A stretch of DNA of 32,000 bases from Wigglesworthia glossinidia endosymbiont of Glossina brevipalpis. GTDB taxonomy: Bacteria > Pseudomonadota > Gammaproteobacteria > Enterobacterales > Enterobacteriaceae. The notes under the pieces were generated by a model. The model ran no database searches and was not told where the DNA came from. It saw only the letters and a program-made list of their open reading frames with translations. Of this stretch, positions 9,582 through 18,230 are shown piece by piece; position 1 is the first letter of the stretch, and every line of letters starts with the position of its first letter. Made by a program: the position numbers and the translations under genes. Location: the NCBI GenBank assembly GCA_000008885.1, contig BA000021.3, forward strand, positions 60,001 to 92,000, given 5' to 3'.

Positions 9582-9613
9582 GGCTCGATTTTATATCGAG
9601 CCGTTATTATTTT
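9582..9613. terminator. Rho-independent, probably bidirectional, terminator between convergent fliC and trhO
   Basis: A perfect 8-bp G/C-containing stem, GGCTCGAT (9582-9589) with ATCGAGCC (9595-9602), encloses a 5-nt loop. T-rich sequence follows on the plus strand (GTTATTATTTT) and also on the minus strand. Confidence 0.75.
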
Positions 9614-9625
9614 AATAATAATAAA

Positions 9626-10573
9626 TTAGTTTTTTGATTGATAATATTCATTGCAAAAATTTGAACAAAATTCGTTTAATGTTTTATTACAATAAATACA
9701 TTGAATAAAAAGAGAATTGCATTTTTTATTTTTACAATTTATGTAATTGTCACAAGGTTGAATTTTACACTGATGACATAAAGATAATACATCGGAAGTA
9801 ACTTTTTCATACAATCTATCATCAAAAACAAAAATTTTTCCTAAAAATTTCATTGGATAATTATTTTTTTTTATAAAATTAACATATTCTATAATTCCTC
9901 CATCTAAAAAACTTACATATTTAAATCCATTATGCATCATCCATGCGCTAGCAGCTTCACATCTTATACCTCCAGTGCAATACATGATTATATTTTTTGA
10001 TTTATAAAATTTTAAATTATTTATTAGTAATTTTAATTGTTGTCTAAATGTTTTGGATGAAATTTTTAATGCATTTTCAAAATGACCTATTTCGTACTCA
10101 TAACTATTTCTCATATCAACTAAAATAAAATCATTTTTCATTAAAATAGCATTAAAATCATTAGCTGTTAATTTATGTCCTGTGTTTTTTATATCAAAAG
10201 AACAATCTTTTATTCCACAATTTAATATATTTAATTTTTTTTTTATTTTTAATTTTTTAAAAGGTTGTTTTTTATTATCTGAATACAAGTTAAATCTTAT
10301 ATCTGTCAAATAATCAAATGTTTTTTTTATAAAAATTTTTAATTCTTCTATTTTATGTTTTTTAATGCTGATATGAGCATTAATTCCTTCGTAAGAAATG
10401 TATATTCTACCTAATATTTCTAATTTTTTACATATTTCAAATAATTTTTCTTGAATGCAATCAATATTTTCTATTTTACAATATTTATAAAAAGATATAG
10501 TTTTTGTTTTTTTTTTGTAATTTATTGAATAATATCTTTTATTTGAAATTTTTTTAATTATATTACATGACAT
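9626..10573 (-). CDS. trhO: Rhodanese-domain tRNA U34 hydroxylase TrhO (YceA, UPF0176)
   Basis: A 315 aa protein with the rhodanese active-site loop MYCTGGIRCEAASAWM typical of YceA and a Cys-rich C-terminal tail. In E. coli it lies near opgH. Confidence 0.85.
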   Translation of the reverse strand: MSCNIIKKISNKRYYSINYKKKTKTISFYKYCKIENIDCIQEKLFEICKKLEILGRIYISYEGINAHISIKKHKIEELKIFIKKTFDYLTDIRFNLYSDNKKQPFKKLKIKKKLNILNCGIKDCSFDIKNTGHKLTANDFNAILMKNDFILVDMRNSYEYEIGHFENALKISSKTFRQQLKLLINNLKFYKSKNIIMYCTGGIRCEAASAWMMHNGFKYVSFLDGGIIEYVNFIKKNNYPMKFLGKIFVFDDRLYEKVTSDVLSLCHQCKIQPCDNYINCKNKKCNSLFIQCIYCNKTLNEFCSNFCNEYYQSKN

Positions 10574-10637
10574 TATTTTATTCCCTAAATTTATATTTTA
10601 ATATTTATAATTAAATATTAATCTTTTATGCAAATTA

Positions 10638-13118
10638 TTATTGATTATTCAATAAGTAAATAAAATGCAATTTGGTTAAAATTATTGGATCGTTTAATAC
10701 AGTTAATTTTTCAATCATATTTAATTTATTTAATCCTTTAATTAATATTAAATCTAAAAATTTTTTTCTATTTAAATCAATTAAAATAGATGAATTATGC
10801 CTTGAACTTGCCATAGCAACAGCAAGTGCGTTATATACAGGGTGTAAAATAGCTTGAAAAAATCCATTTTTTAAAGATTTATTTTTATTTATTTTAAAAT
10901 ATTTTTTTGTATTAATTATTTCTTTAGGAGGGTATTTTTCTTCAGGGATTAATAATAATCCAAAGTTTTTGAATATTAATCCAATTTTTACGTAACTAGA
11001 ATAAACAGAAATTAAAGGAGATATGATTAATGAAAAAATAATTGGAAAAAATATAAATAAAGATTTTATAGTCATAAAAAATATTATTAAAAAAGACCAT
11101 ATTAATCCAATAACTACTTGAACAATATGGCTTTTTATAGATTCTTTCCAGCTTGTAGAAAAATCTCTTCTTTTCGGAGATTTCCATGATAAGGAAAAAC
11201 CAAAAAATGCTCTAAAAATAAAAAATGTATGAAACATCATTTTAATAGGGGAAAACATCATAGATAAAAAAATTTCTAATATTATTGATAATATAAAACA
11301 CCTAGTTCCACCATATTGGATAGAATTTTTAGAAATTATTAATATAACACTAAAAAATTTAGGCAAAAGTAATAATAATAATGTAATAAAAAACAATCCT
11401 ATTGATGCTTCTAAATGCAAGTAAGGAATTATATAAAAATATGAATTTATTTTAAAACAACACATAAACTCAATGTTATATATTATTTGCAATATTGTTG
11501 ATAAAATCAAAAAAGCAAACCATAGCGGAGCGGATAAATACGACATTACTCCTGTTAAAAATACAACTCTATGCACTGGATGAAGTCCGTTCATAAAAAA
11601 TAATCTAAAATTCATCAAATTTCCATGACACCATCTTCTATCTCTTTTTAGTTCATCTAATAAGTTAGGAGGAGGTTCTTCGTAACTTCCAGGTATATCA
11701 TAAGCGATCCATACACTCCATCCAGCTCTACGCATTAAAGCAGCCTCTACAAAATCATGAGATAAAATTGAACCTGAAAATATTCCATTTCCAGGCAAAG
11801 GAGATAAAACACAATATTTTATAAAAGGTTTTATTCTTATAATAGCATTATGTCCCCAATAGTGGGATTCTCCTAATTGCCAAAAATGCATTCCTGCTGT
11901 GAACAAAGGGCCGTATACTCTAGTAGAAAACTGATGATATCTAGCATAAAGAGTATTCATTCCTGAAGCTTTTGGTATACTTTGTATTATTCCAGCTCTT
12001 GGATTAGATTCCATAAGAGAAACTAATTTTACTAAACATTTTCCACTCATTATGCTATCTGCATCTAATATAACCATGTAAGAATAATTTTTACCCCATC
12101 TACGACAAAAATCATCAATGTTTCCACTTTTTTGTTTTACCCTTCTGTTTCTTCTTCTATAAAAAATATTTCCAATAAACCCTGTTTCAGAACATAAATC
12201 AATCCAAGATTTTTGTTCTGACATGCAAATATCAGTATTATAACTATCGCTTAAAATATATATATCAAAAAATTTTATTTTTCCAGTTGATAAAATTGAT
12301 TCATATGTTGCTCTTAACCCAGCGAATACTCTTTCTACGTCTTCATTACAAATTGGCATTAATATTGCTGTACGATGATTTTTCTTTATTTCTTTTACAA
12401 TTGATTTATTGGAGATATTGTATTCGTCTTTCTTGGTTATTAATTGATAAAAACCCATAAATGCGGTCCAAAAACTAGCTGATACCCAAAAAAATAAAAT
12501 ATAAAATAATATTAATACAAATATTTGAAGTATATATGGTGAAAAATATTTAATTATTAAAAATATATTTTTGTTAAATAAATATATAGTGTATGACCAA
12601 GAAATATCTTTATATGGTAAAATACTATTTAATTTGTACGTAGCTATTGATGTTTGAGATAAAATTAAAATTAAAAATACATATCTTCTTATTATTCCAA
12701 CTATTTCCCATTTTTCTAAATATTTCTTTTTTTTATTTTTAGAAAGAATTTTTGAATTTTGTTTTTTAAAAAAAAATTTTTTTAAAAAAGAAAAAATAGA
12801 ATCTATCACCCAAGGGGTTGGGGCAATGCTAGTACGATTTATTTTTGGATATGATTTTATTAATGGTATATTTTTTTTATCTTTAATTATAAAATTCGAA
12901 CAATTTATTAATTTTGGCCAGGCACATTTTAATCTTTTTTTTACAGATATCGTAGATATATATTGTTTTTTTAAAAATTTTTTTCTTTTATTAGATCCAG
13001 TTCTTAAATAATGATTCATGCAAAATAACTTTTTATAACTACAATTTTTTATTTTTTTAATTTTATTTTTTTTATTATAAAATTTTAAAAATTTCATATA
13101 ATTTTTATTATTAGTCAT
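10638..13118 (-). CDS. opgH: Glucans biosynthesis glucosyltransferase H (OpgH/MdoH)
   Basis: An 826 aa multi-TM GT2 protein. Long colinear identity to E. coli MdoH includes [77 protein letters not shown] and [21 protein letters not shown]. Confidence 0.95.
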
Positions 13119-13378
13119 TAAAATTTACGATTTTATTTAAATTAATTAAAAATAAATTTAAATTTTAATACATTTATTTATTTATTGATAATGAATTTCA
13201 ATTTATTAAAATAATAACTTGTTGATTTTAAATAAAATCATTATTAATAATATTTAAATTTAAAAAAATAAATATTATGTATAAATAAATTTTTATAAAT
13301 TACTTTTTGATATTAGAAAATTTTTTATTAAATATCAATATAATTAATTTTTATATTTTATATAAATAAAGTTTTTAA

Positions 13379-14134
13379 TTAATATATAAAATTATTTTTC
13401 ATGTCTCTAAGTTTTTTAAACAAAACCCATTCTTCTTGAAGAAGAAGTCTTTTTAATTCTCCTTTAAATTCAAAATTATATGGATTTAGAAAAATGTTAA
13501 TTTGACGTTCTAAGTATAAAGCTGAAGGCAAAGTAGGTTTTTTGTAAAAATTCAACTTTTCAACTTTTTTTTTATACATAGATAAAATTGTATTTTTTGG
13601 GAAAACGCTAATCGCAAAATTTAAATTTTGCAGAGTATATTCATGTCCTGCACAAATTAAAGTGTTTGGAGGCAAAGAATTTATTTTTTTAATTGAAAAA
13701 TACATATCTTTTGCGCTACCTTCAAATAATCTTCCGCATCCTGCAGAAAACAGAGTATCTCCGCAAAAAAACCATGGAGGACTATAGAAACCAACATGTC
13801 CTAATGTATGTCCAGGTAGTTCAAAAACTTTAAAACATTTATTTAATAAAAAAATTTCATCCCCTTCTTTTACTATTTTTGTTGTGCCATATTTTATTGT
13901 CTCTTTTGGTCCATAAACTGGTGTATTGAAATATGTTTTTAAGCTTTCTACGCCATCTACGTGGTCATGATGATGATGCGTTAAAAATATAGCAACAGGT
14001 GTTAATTTTTTTTTCTTGCATATATTATGTATTGAAATAAATTCTCCTGGATCAACTATTATACAATTTTTATCATTATTGTATAATAACCAAATATAAT
14101 TATCTTCGTTTATAGAAATACTTACAAGATTCAT
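13379..14134 (-). CDS. gloB: Hydroxyacylglutathione hydrolase (glyoxalase II) GloB
   Basis: A 251 aa metallo-beta-lactamase fold with the THHHHDH motif and length and order as in E. coli GloB. It is next to rnhA, as in the E. coli gloB-rnhA-dnaQ neighbourhood. Confidence 0.9.
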   Translation of the reverse strand: MNLVSISINEDNYIWLLYNNDKNCIIVDPGEFISIHNICKKKKLTPVAIFLTHHHHDHVDGVESLKTYFNTPVYGPKETIKYGTTKIVKEGDEIFLLNKCFKVFELPGHTLGHVGFYSPPWFFCGDTLFSAGCGRLFEGSAKDMYFSIKKINSLPPNTLICAGHEYTLQNLNFAISVFPKNTILSMYKKKVEKLNFYKKPTLPSALYLERQINIFLNPYNFEFKGELKRLLLQEEWVLFKKLRDMKNNFIY

Positions 14135-14185
14135 TTTTTCCCTTATATAATATAAATTTAAATTTATTAAAATAATTTAATTTTA

Positions 14186-14659
14186 TTAAAAATTTTTAAT
14201 TTTTTGATAAATTTTATCTATTGCATTTGGATTTTTAGCCGATATTTTAGCTAAAAAGTCACATCTATCATGTTTTATGTTGTTTGTATGCCCTTTGATC
14301 CAATTCCAATTTATAAAATGTTTTTTTGATAAATATTCTAATTTAATCCATAAATCAATGTTTTTAACTGATTTGTTATTATTTGTTTTCCATTTATTAT
14401 TCTTCCAAACTTTAATCCACTTAGTTATTCCATTTTTTAAATATTTACTATCTGTATTAATAATTATATTATACATATCATGTAATGATTCTAAAGCAAT
14501 AATAGCCGCCATTATTTCCATTCTATTATTTGTAGTTAAGTAATATCCATTACTAATTTCTTTATATAATTTTTTCCCGCAAATTATAACTCCATAACCT
14601 CCTGGTCCAGGATTTCCTAAACAAGCACCATCTATAAATATTTTAATTTTCTTTTTCAT
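14186..14659 (-). CDS. rnhA: Ribonuclease HI
   Basis: A 157 aa protein. The catalytic DEDD positions are recognisable (IFIDGAC, NNRMEIMA, INTDSKY, DRCDFLA). It is divergent from dnaQ across a 47-bp spacer as in E. coli. Confidence 0.95.
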   Translation of the reverse strand: MKKKIKIFIDGACLGNPGPGGYGVIICGKKLYKEISNGYYLTTNNRMEIMAAIIALESLHDMYNIIINTDSKYLKNGITKWIKVWKNNKWKTNNNKSVKNIDLWIKLEYLSKKHFINWNWIKGHTNNIKHDRCDFLAKISAKNPNAIDKIYQKIKNF

Positions 14660-14706
14660 ATTAATATATTACTATTTATAAAAATATTTAACTATACTTT
14701 TGATAT

Positions 14707-15447
14707 ATGAAAATTAATACTGAAAGACAAATTGTTTTGGATACTGAAACAACTGGAATGAATAAAAACGGACCTCATTATTATGGTCATAGAATTATTG
14801 AAATTGGTGCAATAGAAATGATCAATAGAAGATTGACTGGAAGATGTTTCCATACTTATTTAAAACCAGATCGTTTAGTAGAAATAGAAGCATTTAAGAT
14901 ACATGGAATTAGTGATGAATTTTTATTTTTTCAACCTACTTTTGAAGAAATAATGGAAAAATTTATTAATTTTATAAAAGGATCTGAGTTAATTATTCAC
15001 AATTCTGTTTTTGATATAGGATTTATAAATAATGAAATTCAGTTATGTAATAAAAATTTAAATAACATTAATTATTACTGTTCAGTAATAGATACTTTAA
15101 AGTTAGCAAGAAATATATTTCCAGGCAAAAGAAATAATTTAGACGCGTTATCAGATAGATACGGAATTGATACTACTAAAAGAATATTACATGGAGCTTT
15201 GTTAGATGCAGAAATTCTTTCTAACGTATATTTATTAATGACTGGAGGCCAAATACCTATAAATTTTTCAAAAAAAAAAAATAATAACTTCATTAACAAG
15301 AAAATAAAAAATAATTTCAATAATTTTAAAAAAAATAAAAAGTATAATAAAATAATTAAACCTATAGTAATATACGCCAACGAAGAAGAGATTCATGAAC
15401 ATAAAAAATTTATGAAATCTATTAATTTCATAAATAAAAATAATTAA
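14707..15447 (+). CDS. dnaQ: DNA polymerase III epsilon (proofreading) subunit DnaQ
   Basis: A 246 aa protein with all three Exo motifs intact: ExoI VLDTETTG, ExoII HNSVFDIGF and ExoIII-epsilon HGALLDAEIL. The Lys/Asn-rich linker contains an A12 tract. Confidence 0.95.
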   Translation: MKINTERQIVLDTETTGMNKNGPHYYGHRIIEIGAIEMINRRLTGRCFHTYLKPDRLVEIEAFKIHGISDEFLFFQPTFEEIMEKFINFIKGSELIIHNSVFDIGFINNEIQLCNKNLNNINYYCSVIDTLKLARNIFPGKRNNLDALSDRYGIDTTKRILHGALLDAEILSNVYLLMTGGQIPINFSKKKNNNFINKKIKNNFNNFKKNKKYNKIIKPIVIYANEEEIHEHKKFMKSINFINKNN

Positions 15448-15535
15448 TAAAAAAATAAATTTAATTTTTAAAAATTAAATTTATTTAGTTTTTTAAATTA
15501 AAATTTTTATATTAAAACAAATTATGTAAACATTT

Positions 15536-16117
15536 TTAATTATTTCTTTCATATAGATAATAAGAAATATTTTTAGTATTTTTTTTTCTATAAATCATCC
15601 AATTATTAGGGACGATTGGATCTAAGTTTTTTTTATTTATTTCTATATATATCCAAGATTTTTTTTTTAAAAAAAAATTTTTTTCTAAAAAATTTATAAC
15701 TGTATTAACTATTTTTATGTTTATATAAGGAGGATCTATAAAAACTATATCAAAAGATAATTTGGGATTATTTAGCCATTTTATTGTATTTGTATTTATG
15801 ATATAATAATTGTTACATTTTAAATGTTTTAAATTTTGACTCAAAATATTGTTTAATTCTATATTTTTATCTAAAAATACAACATATTTTGCCTTTCTTG
15901 ATAGTGCTTCGCTTCCTAACATGCCAGTTCCAGAAAAACAATCTAAACAGTAAGCATTTTCAACAAAAGGTTCTAACCAATTAAATAATGTTTCTCTTAT
16001 ATATCCTAAAGTAGGACGTAAGTATATTCTTTTAGATAAAATAAACTTTTTATTTTTCCATTTTCCTCCAATAATACTTATTTTATTTTTATATAATTTT
16101 TTTTTTAAAAAAATCAT
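15536..16117 (-). CDS. rsmD: 16S rRNA (guanine966-N2)-methyltransferase RsmD (YhhF)
   Basis: A 193 aa protein with the SAM-MTase motif LDCFSGTG and the N6/N2-MTase motif FIDPPY. It is divergent from ftsY exactly as E. coli yhhF/ftsY. Confidence 0.85.
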   Translation of the reverse strand: MIFLKKKLYKNKISIIGGKWKNKKFILSKRIYLRPTLGYIRETLFNWLEPFVENAYCLDCFSGTGMLGSEALSRKAKYVVFLDKNIELNNILSQNLKHLKCNNYYIINTNTIKWLNNPKLSFDIVFIDPPYINIKIVNTVINFLEKNFFLKKKSWIYIEINKKNLDPIVPNNWMIYRKKNTKNISYYLYERNN

Positions 16118-16242
16118 TATAAATTAAATTTTTATATATATATTATTTGATAATAAAATATAATATATGAATTAAAAATAAGTTTCAAATTGAAAATAAT
16201 TAAAAATTTTTCTAATATTATAATTTTAAAAATAAATAATAT

Positions 16243-17223
16243 ATGTGTATGAAAATAGAAGAAAAAACAAAAAAAAAACAATCAAATTTTTTAAAAAAAT
16301 TAAATAATAAAATGATTTCAAATCTAAAAATAAATTTAATTAATAGTCGTAAATATTTTAGTAAAAAATTAATAAATATATTTAAATCAAAAAAAATAGA
16401 TGAAAAGTTATTTGAAGAAATCGAAACACATTTATTAACTTCAGATATAGGAGTAAAAACTACTCAAAAAATAATAAATGAATTAAATTTTTTAAATAAA
16501 AATAAAAAAATAAAAAATTCAGAAAACATGTATGAACATTTAAAAGAAAAAATATCTCATATGTTGTTAAATGCGCAAGAACCTTTACTAATAACAGAAA
16601 AATTTCCTTTTATAATTTTAATAGTGGGAGTAAATGGAGTAGGAAAAACAACTACAATTATTAAAATTGCTAAAAAATATAAATCCGAAGGAAAAAAAGT
16701 TATGGTAGTAGCAGGAGACACTTTTAGAGCTGGAGCAATAGATCAATTAGAAATATTAGGAAAAAATAACAAAATACCAGTAATATGTGATTATAAAAAA
16801 TCTGATGCTTCATCAATAATTTTTACAGCTATTAAAAATGCAAAGAAAAACAATGCTGATGTTCTTATTATAGATACAGCTGGTAGATTGCATAATAAAT
16901 TCCATTTAATGGAAGAATTGAAAAAAATAGTTAAAGTAATAAAAAAATTAGACCCTTCAGCTCCACATGAATCCATGTTAATTATAGACGCTAATACTGG
17001 GCAAAACACACTTAATCAAGTAGAATTTTTTAATAATGCAATTAAAATTAGTGGTATAACTCTAACTAAATTAGATGGTACGTCTAAAGGAGGAATAATT
17101 ATAGCTATTGCTGATCAATTCAATATTCCTATAAGGTATATAGGTACTGGAAAAGATAATAATGATATATATAAATTTAAATCTTATGATTTTGTTCAAG
17201 CTTTATTTTCTGATATAAATTGA
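16243..17223 (+). CDS. ftsY: Signal recognition particle receptor FtsY with a truncated A-domain
   Basis: A 326 aa protein. The NG domain is colinear with E. coli FtsY (GVNGVGKTTTI, AGDTFRAGAIDQL, DTAGRL, TKLDGTSKGG, PIRYIGTG). The start could be ATG 16243 or ATG 16249. Confidence 0.95.
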   Translation: MCMKIEEKTKKKQSNFLKKLNNKMISNLKINLINSRKYFSKKLINIFKSKKIDEKLFEEIETHLLTSDIGVKTTQKIINELNFLNKNKKIKNSENMYEHLKEKISHMLLNAQEPLLITEKFPFIILIVGVNGVGKTTTIIKIAKKYKSEGKKVMVVAGDTFRAGAIDQLEILGKNNKIPVICDYKKSDASSIIFTAIKNAKKNNADVLIIDTAGRLHNKFHLMEELKKIVKVIKKLDPSAPHESMLIIDANTGQNTLNQVEFFNNAIKISGITLTKLDGTSKGGIIIAIADQFNIPIRYIGTGKDNNDIYKFKSYDFVQALFSDIN

Positions 17224-17375
17224 ATTAATTTTTGTACTTAAAATATAATTTATACTATATTAATATATAATATTTTATAAATATAAAAATTTAAATACAT
17301 AATATATAGTATATTTTTATAAAATTTTAAATTTAATTGATTAATTTTATATAATTTTCACATTTAAGGAAATAA

Positions 17376-18221
17376 ATGAAAAAAATAAACATTTTAACCT
17401 GTGTAAATCAGAGTAGTTTAGAATCTTACATAAAAAAAGCTAATTCATATTCTATGTTAAGCATAGAAGAAGAAAAAATATTAACAGAAAGGTTGCATTA
17501 TAACGGAGATTTATTAGCTGCTAAAAAATTAATATTATCTCATTTAAGATTTGTAGTACATATATCGCGGAATTATTCTGGATATGGACTCCAGAGAGCA
17601 GATTTAATCCAAGAAGGAAATGTTGGTCTTATGAAAGCAGTAAAAAGATTTAATCCAGCAATTGGAGTTAGATTAGTATCTTTTGCAGTTCATTGGATTA
17701 AAGCAGAAATACATGAATATGTTTTAAGAAATTGGAGAATAGTAAAAGTTGCTACCACAAAGGCTCAAAGAAAATTGTTTTTTAATTTAAGAAAAGCTAA
17801 AAAAAAATTAGGCTGGTTTAACCAATACGAAGTAGATATGTTAGCAAAATCTCTAGGGGTAACTAGTAAAGATGTAAGAGAAATGGAATCTAGAATGTCT
17901 GCTAAGGATATGGCATTTGATTTTAATTCAGAAGAAGATAAGCATAAAAATAATGCTATTTTATACTTAAAAGATAAAACTTCTGATTTTGCAGATACTA
18001 TAGAAGAAGATAATTGGGATATTCATGCAACTGATAAATTATCTGCTGCATTGTCTAATTTAGATTTAAGAAGTCAAGAGATTATACGTTCTAGATGGCT
18101 TAGATATGATAATAAAAGCACTCTTAAAGAGCTTGCGAAAAAATATGGAATTTCTGCAGAAAGAATAAGGCAATTAGAAAAAAATGCAATGAAAAAAATT
18201 CGTTTTGCAGTAGAATCATAG
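17376..18221 (+). CDS. rpoH: RNA polymerase heat-shock sigma factor RpoH (sigma32)
   Basis: A 281 aa protein with region 2 ([18 protein letters not shown]), the RpoH box ([10 protein letters not shown]) and the region 4 HTH ([25 protein letters not shown]). Confidence 0.95.
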   Translation: MKKINILTCVNQSSLESYIKKANSYSMLSIEEEKILTERLHYNGDLLAAKKLILSHLRFVVHISRNYSGYGLQRADLIQEGNVGLMKAVKRFNPAIGVRLVSFAVHWIKAEIHEYVLRNWRIVKVATTKAQRKLFFNLRKAKKKLGWFNQYEVDMLAKSLGVTSKDVREMESRMSAKDMAFDFNSEEDKHKNNAILYLKDKTSDFADTIEEDNWDIHATDKLSAALSNLDLRSQEIIRSRWLRYDNKSTLKELAKKYGISAERIRQLEKNAMKKIRFAVES

Positions 18222-18230
18222 AATTTTTAG

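Noticed and set aside
14707-15447. The hypothesis that the DnaQ proofreading active site is degenerate, as an explanation for AT drift.
   Set aside because: The ExoI (DTETTG), ExoII (HNSVFDIGF) and ExoIII-epsilon (HGALLDAEIL) catalytic motifs are all intact.
15448-15535. I looked for a tRNA downstream of dnaQ, where E. coli has aspV, and for tRNA or ncRNA genes in all other spacers.
   Set aside because: No G/C-enriched patch of 70-90 nt and no acceptor or T-arm-like pairing is visible in any intergenic region. All spacers are nearly pure A/T.
17224-17375. Candidate sigma70 -35/-10 pairs upstream of rpoH, for example TTGTAC at about 17233 with several TATAAT-like hexamers.
   Set aside because: TATAAT-like hexamers occur every few bases in this composition, so no specific assignment is supportable without start-site data.
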